DNA of 63,925 nt, the filler included, from Olpidium bornovanus S191 (lineage: Eukaryota; Fungi; Olpidiomycota), in the NCBI GenBank assembly GCA_017911155.1. It is 32 parts of 32 records of this genome, joined end to end, with 100 filler letters (N's around TTAATTAATTAA, not from the genome) between each part and the next. Parts side by side here need not be neighbours in the genome. Positions count along the whole stretch, not along the records: positions 9,464 to 11,656 come from JAEFCI010002794.1; positions 11,757 to 13,294 come from JAEFCI010004551.1; positions 13,395 to 16,652 come from JAEFCI010003245.1; positions 16,753 to 21,126 come from JAEFCI010010745.1; positions 21,227 to 22,913 come from JAEFCI010007049.1; 27 more parts are not named here. One strand, written 5' to 3'. How positions within the stretch are numbered: position 1 is the first letter of the stretch; the number at the start of each line of letters is the position of its first letter. A program made the position numbers and the translations under genes. The notes below the pieces were generated by a model. That model did no database searches. It was not told the origin of the DNA and saw only the letters and a program-made list of their open reading frames with translations. Below, in pieces: positions 11,124-22,913 of the stretch.

Positions 11124-12659
11124 TTGCGCGCCGTCCACTGGGCGGAACTGCCTACCTCGCTCCGTCTGTCCAACACGCGGCGCCTTGAAACAGACAAGCG
11201 GACAAAAATAAGAAAAGGAACGAAATGCACAGTTATCAATTGTGCGTGGCCTGCTTAACGCACGTGGATATCATTTGCAGGCGAAGCGATGCCCCGCAGG
11301 TCGGCGTTAGATATTAGGGCGAAAAAAAACGGTTATGACAGACTACCGTGTAAACAGCGCCCTGAGGCACATTTGGGACCTGTGCGGCCCGTTATTTTGA
11401 ACTGACGAATGCGTCACCACTGGGAAAAGCTCTGTCTACCATTTGGACGTGCCCACAAATTACCGGACGAATTTTATCCCCCACAGAGGGTCCGTCAGCA
11501 TCGTCCTGGCCCACATTGGGGAAGCCAATCGGGAGAGGTCGCAGCCTTTCATCAGCAACAGTAATGGAGTATCCACCGTAGTCTTCCGTTTGTCTGATGA
11601 ATGGCCCATATTCTCGTCAAAGATGGACACCGTCATAGGTCAAGAAAACGAACATGNNNNNNNNNNNNNNNNNNNNNNNNNNNNNNNNNNNNNNNNNNNN
11701 TTAATTAATTAANNNNNNNNNNNNNNNNNNNNNNNNNNNNNNNNNNNNNNNNNNNNACCGGTAGGAGGCGTTCTGACAGACGTAAAGGAAAAATGGGGGG
11801 TAAGCAAGCAAAGGAAGCCTAATAACATTCTTCCCTTCCGTGCGGGATGTCGACGGCCCGCCGTACTTTCGGCGCCTTGATTGCCGTTTGCCGTGTGCCG
11901 TGCTTGTTCCTGCTGGTCCAACTCTACCTCGCCCGACTTCACATCAAGGGGTTGTAGACAAGGTCGCGCATCGTCCACGCCCATCTGCCCCCGTCTTTGG
12001 GCTCGTTCGCCTTGGCGGGTCCAGGTAGCGCTGCTCGCTGCGGTTAAAGGGGCCGCTATCTTCCTCGCGGAGCGCCACCCCGAGGGCTGTCAGAGGGCGC
12101 TGATGTGTAAGTTGCTCGGTGAAAGCGTTGACAATACGGCGATGCCGCATGAATTGAGCATGCTGCGGCACCGGAAGGTACCTGCGATACCGGTAAACCA
12201 GAAAAGAGAATGCAGCTGCAGCATCGGCCAAACGCCCCGCCCATCCCTCGCCGAGTGAGTTGACGTGAGACTCGTGGGACAACATGAGAATTGTCGACCA
12301 GCGGCGGCGTTCCGAACGCTTCAGCATCTCAAGCTGTTCACGGTTTCACGGAGACAGTTTCGACGCGGGGCCAAGGCGGATCCCATCGTTTCGGGGAGTG
12401 TCCTGCGATCGCGGAGGTCTGGGTGCTCCCGAGTTGGATCGTTCCGGCCTGTATGGGCGGACGGCCGCACAGGCATCCTCAGACACGGTGTCGGTGTTAA
12501 CGACGGGGTCGAGGCGTGGTCTGTCGCAAGGGCGTCGTCTGTGCTCAGCCTTCTCGTCAAACTTGAAGTAGACCCCGCTTCTTCGCTGACTGGAGTCCCG
12601 GGAGCGTCGGCCTCGACATCCCCAGCATTGCGCGCAGGACGCTGGGTTGACAGGGCAGC

Positions 12660-13294
12660 CGCTCGCGCGCGGCGCGTCGACCCCGTCTGCGGCTGGTTCT
12701 CGTCTGATTCCTCTTCCTCAGCCGCCCCTTGCAGTGCCGCGGCAGCCTTCGCCCGGGCCCCTCTCCCTGAGACAGGACCCAACCGGCCGCGTTGGGGCCG
12801 GCATCTACCGTAAGATAGATAGGGCCCGCCCCCTCGCCGTACGTGAGCTCACAGAGCGTGGGAGCTTGCGCCTGAGAGTCCTTCAGCTTTGCCATGGCAA
12901 CGTCGCACGCTTCGTTCCAGTCCCATGGCTCGCGCTTCCGCAGCAATCAATACAGCGGTTCCGCGCACTCTCCAAAGTGGGGTAAGAAAGCTCGGTATAC
13001 CCCAATCGCTCCCAGGAACCGTCTCACCTCACGTATCGATCGACATGGCCGCATGTCCCGTATAGACAGCGTCTTTTCCCCGTCAACCCGCTTCCTGTAC
13101 GGCCCGCACAGGAACCCCAACAACGAGATCTCGCGCACCCCGATCGCCGATTTCGCGCCCGAAAACGTAAGACCTACCTGTTTTGCTCGTTTTAACACGC
13201 TTTCAACGTCGCAGATGTGGCTCCAGATGAACGCACGGATCCTAGGGGCAACCTCGCTCTGGTTTTCTTCCCCGGCGATCGCCCCCTTCATGGG
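12660..13294 (-). mobile_element. Degenerate Ty3/gypsy reverse transcriptase/RNase H fragment
   Basis: VESVLKRAKQVGLTFSGAKSAIGVREISLLGFLC...EVRRFLGAIGVYRAFLPHFGECAEPLY*LLRKREPWDW...PIYLTVDAGPNAAGWVLSQ, with an in-frame stop. Confidence 0.88.
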
Positions 13295-13394
13295 NNNNNN
13301 NNNNNNNNNNNNNNNNNNNNNNNNNNNNNNNNNNNNNNTTAATTAATTAANNNNNNNNNNNNNNNNNNNNNNNNNNNNNNNNNNNNNNNNNNNN

Positions 13395-15380
13395 CATGTT
13401 ATCGTGCGGAACGAAGCAGGAAAGTTTGCCTGGGACTGCCGTCTCTTTTACAGCGCATCGCTTGACGCGATAAAGAGCGCGGATGCCATTCCGAGCGCCG
13501 CGAAGGCCGATTTCCAGGAGGCTAGGTTCTGCTTTCCGGCGACGAACGACGCGCCGGAAGGGGAGAGACCAATCCCTGACCAGTAAGCGATTCGCCGACA
13601 CGTATGTGAACCGTCCCGGTAACCCTATAACCGCCTCCGTCTGCGTAGTGAACGTGAGGACCAGGCGCCCGCCCGGGCTCCGTTATGGGATCCCCAGGAG
13701 AAACCAGAAGATGTAGATAGGCTACTCCTGCTTTTGCGATAGTGAGTTCCGAAATTCCCAACGGCTGCCGCTTCGCACGCCTCCTGTGCGCCTAACTCTA
13801 AGATCGCTGCGCGCTCAGCATTGGTTCCACATATCCCGATTGCCGGCGGCAGGATGCGTCTGCTCTTGATACTCCAGCAGCAGTGCCTGCTGAACACGCC
13901 GAAAAGGTCATCCAAATTTCGCTGGAGCTCGAACGCCACATGACGGAAGAGCTGGCAGCGGCCGTCATTGGGAACGACGAAATGTCAGTTTTTGAGAGAC
14001 AAGGAATAACCCAACGAATAATTGCCCCGCGCTGTTTCGCGAATCGGTCACTTCACGATGTCTTCCGGCCCTCAACTTTTCGCCGCCCATATTAAACGAT
14101 CGTTTAGGAACGTGTCGTACGACGGACCGCTGGCAGCCATCGATAGGCTCACCTCGGCAATCGAGCGCAGCTCGCAGTACGAGAGTGAGGCTTTGCGGCA
14201 ACCGCTGTCTCGTGTTCCCTTGCTGAACAGGACGCGACGACCGTTCCAGAAGGCGCTCGTCGAGGAGCTCACGTCTGCGAACACTCACGTGGCCGTGTTG
14301 GAAAATAGGCCCGTGGACGCGCCGTGGCCATACCAGCGGTGTCAGATGCTACTAACACACTTCGGCCTCATGGGAATCGACCCGGTAAAGGACGAGTCGC
14401 TCGTCCTGCTGGAGAAAAGTGCCGCCCTTGCCCGCGACATCAAGGGACTGGACCGGAGGACTGGGTAACCCGCTCGATCGCGGTCTCTGTGGAATATCGA
14501 TCGTCGCCGTTCCGCTCACCAATTCGGCGCTTCGTGCCAGGCGGGAAACCGTCAAGGTTGCGGTCATTTACGTAGCGAGTGGGCAGGAAGATGAGGTGTC
14601 GATCCTGCGTAACGCGGCGGGCAGTAAGATGTACGAAGACTTCGTCACGAGTTTGGGCTGGGAGGTAATGACCTCGCTCAGTGAACGGCGAAGTACGTAC
14701 CACACCGGGACAACCGCTAACTGCTTGCTGCACCTCCACGGTGTCACCGCGTGCGGCCGGATGGAAGATTGACACCAGTAAGCATCCGGGTTACCTCGGA
14801 GGCCTCGAGCGAAACCAGACCAACGGAGCCACGGCAATCTACCACTGCACATCCACGACGGAAATCATCTTCCACGACACCACGAGACTGCCCACAGACC
14901 CTGACGACCCTAGGCAGATGAAAAAGAAGAGGCATATCGGGAACGACCAAGTCCACATCGTCTGGAATGAACACGCTAGACCGTACAAGAAGAACACTTT
15001 TACCGGCGACTTTGGAAACGCGGTCATCGTCGTCACCCCTCTGCCTGATCTCGACATGTTCGCCATCGACGTCCTCAGGGACCCAAACGTACGCGCTGCT
15101 GCTTTCTGTCGCCGCGCACCCTACCGATTTTGCAGACGAACTAGACGTGCATTGCCCGGGTCGGTGTCAACGGCCGTTTCAAGGTCCCTCTGTTTGGCCC
15201 GCTGCTGGACAAGATGGTTGTCGCCCGCCCGACTCTCGGCACGCTTGCCCGGATGACGGCCCTTCATGCTTACCGCGCGACCGTATACGCGGGAGGAACG
15301 CCGATCAAGCATCCTTTTGCGTATAGGGCGGCAGATATCCAGACAATCCTTAGAAGGCATAGAGGAAGCCAATGGCAAGT
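13395..15380 (+). CDS. Ral GTPase-activating protein alpha subunit-like (Rap-GAP domain), partial, spliced; 3' end approximate
   Basis: RDIKGLDRR...[22 protein letters not shown]...[12 protein letters not shown]...[11 protein letters not shown]...[11 protein letters not shown]...[18 protein letters not shown]...[13 protein letters not shown]...FGPL. This pattern closely follows the RALGAPA C-terminal GAP domain. Confidence 0.85.
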
Positions 15381-16752
15381 GCCCGTTGAACTACCGGCTC
15401 TTAGCTCCCGCGGTCACGCTCAACTGGCTTACTTCTTTTTTTCTTAAATTCCCCCCCCCCCCCCCCCCCCCCCCCCCAAAAAAAGTTCTTACCAGAACTT
15501 TATATCTCACATATTTTCTCTCGCGGAGGTAACCTCGCATACGTAAACCAATGTACTGTGCATATCATGTCGCAAGATGTCGGCTTTACGATGACAGATG
15601 GTTGGTTACGCCGGATTGGTCTTTTGTAAAAGAACAAAGGGTCAAACATCAAAGTTTGGACGTCATCATTGCCTTAATACCTCATCGGCAAGCGACCCCC
15701 AGCGGCATCGCATCCTCGTCGGTTGATGACCATTACTTTAAATCCCTTCCATTTGGCCGTTTCAGTCTTCTTCTCTGCCACCCCACTCCCACGTACAAGC
15801 TCACATCTGTTCGGGCGCAAAGCCGGAGTTCTGCCTCCCTCTGGCGGTCGACGAGCTTTGTAATTTATGCACCAACTACCGGTGTTCGGCCGCTTTTTTT
15901 TGGCTATTTTCCCGAAGAATGTTGCAATTATTGGCGGGCCCGCAAAAATCACGCAATATCCGAACGCGCGAACGTTTCCCGATTCACTGCGTCTGACGTA
16001 ACTCCGGCGTGCACGGAAGCAGAGGCCAGGGATTCTTCCCCGGATTAGCGGTTCGGGCGGCGCCCGTCCGCGCGAATTAGAGAATGCCGCGAGTTTTTTT
16101 TTTTTTTTTTTTTTTGGGGGGGGGGGTGTAAGGGGAAGGGGGGGGTAAAAAAAACCCCCCCGCAACTATTTCTGGCGCAATCGCACGCCGCATTTAAATC
16201 ATTCTACGTTGTGCCTAATTCCTTCAGATCGGGCGTGCGCAACTCTCCGAGGAATAACGCTCAGATTGGCGACCGACATCCGTTCACCAGCGAGTTTGTC
16301 CCCTCGGCCCCAAGCTGAGGTCTTCTTCTGCTCCCGGGACTTCTGATGCCCCTCAGAGTGAGGAGGGTTCTCAGCGAGGTCCAGGAGCCGCGCGTAGAAC
16401 ACATGTTCGTCCTGCTTTTTGCGCTGGATTTTGAGGCGCGTGGGGCGGGGGGCAGGGCAGAAGGGAAGAGTTCGAAGCCAGTGAGGGTGAGACAAGGGAG
16501 GGAAAAGTGGCTCCCAGAATTCTCCCCTTCGCATGCGGAAGCCGGCATTCTGTCGTCGACCGACCTCTTCCTCCTTTCGTATGATTTCACGCTGCTTTGT
16601 CCAAATGGCGTCCGCTTTGAGGTCGACCGAGGAGAAAACCTCTTCGATGCACNNNNNNNNNNNNNNNNNNNNNNNNNNNNNNNNNNNNNNNNNNNNTTAA
16701 TTAATTAANNNNNNNNNNNNNNNNNNNNNNNNNNNNNNNNNNNNNNNNNNNN

Positions 16753-19700
16753 ATCCCGTACCTGGAGACACCGGGTGACGCGTACACCCCCGAGAAGCAC
16801 AAGAACAACACGCTGTTTGCCGGCTCGACTGTCGTGCACGCCAAGGCCGACAATGACTCGTACTTCTGCCATGGCGGCGAGAGCAATGTTCTGGCTGTTG
16901 TGGTCGCGACTGGTTTCTCCACCTCAAAGGGAGAGATGTTTCGTTCGATTCTTTTTCCCAGCAAGGTGGAAGTGAAAATTTACCGCGACAGTTACTACTT
17001 TCTGGCGTCCCTGGCAGTCGTTGCCGTCAGCGCTTTCATTATACGCCTTACAGACGGGTATGACTTTTTGAGCAGAGGGCGAAGCCTTGGCCGGAGCATT
17101 TTGCAATGTATTAATTTGTGTCGGTACTGCGCAGACTGGCGTTCGGCCAAGTCGGTGCTGTCCTCGGGATCCAATCGCTGGTACTGTCGTGCGGCTTTTT
17201 TTTGCGCGTGAAGTTGGCGACCTGGTGCTCTTTTGCATTCGGTAACTCACTCGGTATTATTCCAGAATCTTGTGACGATCGCCGTGCCGCCCGCACTGCC
17301 GCTCATTCTCACCGTCGGCATAGGCTTCGCTCTGCGACGCCTCAACAAACACCACATTTTTTCCATTGATCCCGAAAGGATCAACTTTGTTGGTAGAGTG
17401 AATGTATGCAGTGCTTTGTTTCACGCGAGCAACGAGTGTGCGCCGTCGTCGAGCTGATCCCGGCATTGTTCCCGCCAGATTTTTTGCTTTGATAAGACGG
17501 GGACTCTCACCACTGAAAATCTGCAGTATCATTCGGTGGTTAGTATTAACCCCACATCCGGCGAGTTTGCGGAGAACTCATTGGGAGATCTCCCTGACTG
17601 CCACCCGATAGAGACTGTTTTCGCCACCTGCCATGGTCTCTCGAAGATTGGCGACGGTTCCCTGGTCGGGCCGGCTGTCGACCAGGAAATGTTCCGGGCG
17701 ACGAAATGGTCACTAGAGAACCCCGACGCAGTCTCCGGTGCTGTAGCTGTCGTCGTGCCGCCGAAGGACAGCGGAACGGCACAATCCTCGCTCGCAATCC
17801 TGAAGCGCTTCGAGTTCGACCCCCATCTTGCCCGGGCGTCGGTGCTCTTCTACGAGATGGGCGGGATATCGGGATGCCAAGAGAACAGGAAACCAAGAAA
17901 GATGTTTGCGGCCTGCAAAGGGTCTGCGGAGTCCATCGTGCGGTTGTGCCGCCCTTCGTCAATCCCGCCAACTTTCGACCAGATGCTTCGCGAATATTCA
18001 AACATGGGGCTTTACGTTCTCGCTTGCGCTCTGAAAAAGATTGACGCCAGCGCCATGGAAGACGAGAATTGGCTTTCTGCCGGTGTCACCGGGTACAACA
18101 CTGTGAAGCGCTCCACTATTGAGCGCGACCTTGATTTTGTCGGATTTCTCGTGTTGGCCGTAAGCATTACCAGCTGAAATCTTGTTTTTGTCGTGTTATG
18201 CGGTCGGTGTACTGAATTTCTGGCATTTCCTTGGGTGCAGAACCCGTTGAAACCCGAGTCCCACGACGTCGTTGATCTTTTAAGAGCGTCCGCTGTGCGG
18301 TCTGTCATTATCACCGGGTTCGTTTTGCCGGCGGTGGCACCTCTTTTTTGCTGTTGTGGTAAATTTTCCGCATATTTAGGGCCTAACCATTTTCTTCGTG
18401 GCGCCCTGCTTGTCTGAACAGTGACTCCACCCTCACGGCGGTAGCCGTCGCGCGAGAGCTGGCTATCGTGGACAAGGCTCTCCTGATTGACGCGGCGAGG
18501 TCTGACGACTCGGAGAAGGCGACAATGCCCTGCCATATTTTTGGCGAACAGCGAACACAGCCGGAGTCGTTCACGATCCCCAAGCTCGAGCACGCACTCT
18601 GCAGCGGCATGGACCTGGCCATGACCGGAGCCGCTATCGATCACATAACTTGCTCAGGGGAATTCGACGACCAGTTCATCCGCTTTCTTCTGCGGAAGAC
18701 CAAGGTATTCGGCCGGGCACGGCCGAACCAAAAGTCGTGGATTGTTGGGCAGCTGATGGCCATGGGAAATTTTGTTGGCATGTGCGGCGACGGCATGAAC
18801 GACTGTGGGGCACTTAAGGCACGGACCTCCACGGCGTGTTATGCATGTTTTTGTTTCTTACGTGGAAGATACCCAGTATTTACTCCATTTTTCCTGTCCG
18901 CATACTAGACTGCTCATGCAGGCATTGCCCTCAGCAACACAGACGCTTCGATTGTCGCTCCCTTTACGTCAAGGCGCAAGCGCATCCTTGATGTAGTCAC
19001 CCTCCTGAAGGAGGGCCGCTGCGCGATGGAAACTAGCTTGACTGCCTTCAAGTATATGATGCTTTATCCAATTATCCAAGTTAGTCTTGGCCGCGTTTGG
19101 TTGAGCTGTTTTGTTTCCGATAGGCACTTTATATTCAACCTTTCTCGTGGACGGGCGGCGCTGTTGCTCGCTTATCCAGACAATGATGGAAGCCACTCTG
19201 AATCACGAGAAAGCCGCCATGTCGGCAACTCAGTTTATTTTTGACGACCTATTCATTGTTCTGGGCCTATCCCTTCTCATGCTTTAGTGCGTGCACTGTT
19301 ACTGTTTGTTGCTGTTTCCGCTGCTGCTCTCGTGATGCACATCTAACTTTTCCTTTTTCAAATCAACAGCACAGGGCCTCCGCAACGATTGCGCAGCGGA
19401 CGGCCCCCGGGGACGCTTTTCCACCCGTTGATCATCTCGTCCGTCGCCGGCCAAGTGATCATCTGTGGCAGTTTCTTCACCATCGCCCATGCCTATCTGT
19501 ACAAGCAGCCATGGCTGTGTACAGTGGAAGAGTCCGTAGGTTTTTTCAGCAACCCAGCCGGGTATGCGCCACCCGCCGGCCGACGCGATCAGGTCTGCTT
19601 GGAGACGGATTCGCATGACGACGAGGGCGAGTTCTCGCGGGTGAACTACCAGACCACGCAGGTGTGGCTGTACGGCCACTTCCAATACGTGGTCACGGCG

Positions 19701-20090
19701 GTGGCATTCAACCTCTTCACGCATTTCCGGAGTCCGATGTGGACGAACTGGCTGTTCACGCTCTTTGCGGCTGTCACTTTCGGTTGCTGCACCTACCTCT
19801 TGTTGGCGCCGAAGACGCTGTGGCTGACCAAGGTGTTGTCGCTGGTGGTCGACAACGTCCCCTTGGAGTTCAAGCTGGTCGTACTTGCCGTTGCCGTCGC
19901 AAACTTCGCGGCGGCGGTTTTGTGGGAGTACGCCGTGGTCGAACGCCTGGTGTCCGCCATGGTCGCGCACGCCAGCAGGCGCAAGGTCGACCGCCAAAGG
20001 TTGGAGGAGCGGGAGCTTCTGCGCGAGACGGCCCCGGTACATGCCCGCAAGAGCTGGCTGGCCATCCAGATGGGGCCAGGCGTTAGCTAG
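16753..20090 (+). CDS. P5B-type P-ATPase (ATP13A2/3, Ypk9-like), 5'-partial, multi-exon
   Basis: TIAVPPALP (P5B M4 signature), CFDKTGTLT phosphorylation site at about 17485-17511, [58 protein letters not shown]. C-terminal TM exon ends at 20090. Confidence 0.95.
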
Positions 20091-22063
20091 CGGGTCCGGC
20101 GAGCTTCGGCGGCCGGACCGATTTCCCTTTTCAGATTTGCCAGCCAAAGGCGTGGACGACGCTTCCGCGGAGGAGGACCATGCGGATCCTCCTCTCTGTT
20201 CACCGTCACGTTTTCGATACCCCCGAATTTGTCTCACGTAGAAAATTTCGATGTAATTATTGTTATCCGTGCAGGAAAATAACGCTTTGGATGCCGTCGC
20301 TATCCGCCGACGGTTTTCCGTCACTTTCCGCCGACGGGTTTCCGTCACTCACAGGCTCCCCAGGCCTGAACCGGAAGCACAACCCCCTTACGCAAAGCCT
20401 GTCAGTTACGGTATCTGAAATTGGGCCATGTGCAATGCGGAGCACACGCATTTGCTTGACCGCACTGAGAAAGCGCGGATAAGGAATTTGGGGGGAGGGG
20501 GACTGCCTTGTCTGTTACGTTCAAGGAAATCAGCGTTGGTCTGGTCGCATGGTAAAGAGAAAAAGCGCCATGTCTTTCTGTTCGTCGTCGTGTCGCGGCC
20601 TTTCCGGCGGGTTTTCTCGAGTCCCAGTGGTCGCGCGCATTTCACTCGCGTGAATTCACGGTGCATAGGGGAACTGCGACTAGGCGAGCCGCGTCAATTT
20701 TTTGGCCTCAGCCGAAAATACAACCAATGTCACGTCGTGCTGTCACGGGGGGCTGTAATGACCCACGCAAAGTAAACCCCTGCACAGCTACCACCGTCTT
20801 TTCGCACGAAAATAACCTGCTGTGGTCATTATCGTCGTTTTGGCGAGCGTTCCTTCCTCTCCCCAACAACCCAGGTACATTTGCTGATGACGTTATCAGC
20901 CTGGAGACAATGGGTTTCCGCTATCTGCAGCGAGTTCCGCAACAGAAAGTAAGAGAGAAAACTCCACGCTGTGTTTATGGCAAAAAACTAACGAAGTTCA
21001 AAGGGCATGTCAAGCTTCAGAAAGGAAGCAGCCCCTGGTGGTTCTTTATTCTGATTTTCATTGGTCTATTTCCAAGCGGGATCCCTTTCCGGGGTGCATC
21101 CCCTGGTGCTTCTGCTTTCTGGTGTGNNNNNNNNNNNNNNNNNNNNNNNNNNNNNNNNNNNNNNNNNNNNTTAATTAATTAANNNNNNNNNNNNNNNNNN
21201 NNNNNNNNNNNNNNNNNNNNNNNNNNCCATGAAGAGGCAGTTTTCAAGGTACGGGCGGCCAACACAAAGTAACTTGACAATGGCTGGCAGCCCCCGTTTG
21301 TGCGTCGGAATAAAATTTGACTTCGCCAACTTGTTTCAGTTTGCAGGAGTAAAACAGAATCGGTTTGTCAGCGGACACAGGAAGTTCAGGAGCACGCTGG
21401 CCGATCTATATTCTTTCTTGAAGAGAAAGCCTCTTCCTTCAGCCGAGCCGAGTCTTTGGTCACGTTGTGACCGGGGGATATCGCTTGTCCGTAGATTCGA
21501 ATTTGGTTATTTCTCTTACGGACAATGACAAATTTTATGCGGGCTGAGAAAGCTGCACTCGCGTGCAGGAGGGATGTCGGGGCGCGTCAGGAGCATCGGA
21601 GTTGTGGGAGTTCCGGCCGAGATTTTTGTGACCTTCAAAGGTTTTTTTTTTTTTTTTTTGGGGGGGGGGGGGGGGGGGGAGAGGTTGGGAGGAACTAATT
21701 TTTCTGTGCACGAGGGGGCGTTGCGCGACTAGTAACTCCAACAGACGCGTTCTTATTCTAATCAGCAAGGAAGGTCGCGGGGGGATGGCTGAGATGACCG
21801 GTTGTGCTTTTTGCCTGAGGGTTCTCTGCTGTCGGGGGTGGGGAAGACGAGGGGGGGGGGGGGGGGGGGGGCGGGGGGGGGGGGGGGGGGAGGGTGCGTG
21901 GAGGTGTGGGTTCCGCATTTACGGTCGGGGCTTTCTTCAAACGGCAATTCTTCGGCGTGTCCGCCGCGAAGTGGCGCGTACACTGACTCCTTCACGAAAC
22001 CAACGTAGCACCGCAACTCGGTAAAGAACGCGACCGGAGCATACAAGACGCGCGAAACCCAGG

Positions 22064-22913
22064 ATGGCAACAGAGCAAATCGTAGCCGACGTGGACCACC
22101 AGCTGGGGGAGGAGGAGGAGGAGGTACAGCAAAGGCAGCTGCCACGACCGCAAGGGTCGGATAGCGAAGATCGAACTACGCGTGGACGTTGATCTACACG
22201 CAACCAACGCTAAAGTTCGCGGCTCCTCTTCGCGTCCTCGTGCAGCCGTTCTTCCTGGACGTTGATGAGCTTCAGGTGAGCAAAGTACAATACGGGCTGA
22301 CGACGGCGCCGTGTAATCACTGCTCCGCTTACATGGTAAATTCATTCCAGAAACACGGCATAAATGTCAGTGACATCCAGAAACTCAAAAAGGAAGGAAT
22401 ATGCACAGTCACGGTACGACTCGATGGGGTGCTTATGGTGTTCCGGTTGAAAGCGGGACAAGCTTACGAATAATACGTGCAAAGGCCGTCATCCAAGCGA
22501 CAAGACGAAACTTATGCAAGGTTAAGGGCTTATCGGAGACGAAAGTCGAGAAGATCAAGGAGGCAGCATCCAAGCTCCAGGTATTCAACCCAAGTTCTTC
22601 AAGCGCATACGGTGCGCGGTTTTCAACTTTCTCATCTGGCGTGAACACCGGCAGAACACCTCCTTTATTACCGCAGCCGAACTGGAGCGCGTACGCGAGC
22701 AAGTGGTCCGCATCTCGACCGGAAGCGACGAGCTGAACAAGCTTATTGGGGGTCGATTAATTTTCTCCACCGGGTCGTGTACGCCCTATGAACATGTCTG
22801 GCTTACGATGTTCCACCGACGCGCTTTCATCAGGTGGCGTTGAGTCTATGTCAATAACGGAGCTCTTCGGCGAATTCAGGACCGGCAAAACTCAGCTCAC
22901 GTGCGTTGCAGAG
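22064..22913 (+). CDS. DMC1: Meiotic recombinase Dmc1, 3'-partial, multi-exon
   Basis: Spliced translation MATEQIVADVDHQLGEEEEE|PFFLDVDELQ|KHGINVSDIQKLKKEGICTVT|AVIQATRRNLCKVKGLSETKVEKIKEAASKLQ|...ISTGSDELNKLIGG|GVESMSITELFGEFRTGKTQL. HGINV.DI.KLK and MSITE are Dmc1-type rather than Rad51-type. Confidence 0.92.

Noticed and set aside
16199-16652. Possible spliced C-terminal exons of an unknown minus-strand gene
   Set aside because: Splice sites are plausible but there is no recognisable domain, so it is too weak to list as a feature.
20293-20350. 24-bp repeat translating PSLSADGF downstream of the P5B-ATPase
   Set aside because: It has about 2.5 copies in an intergenic position with no coding support.
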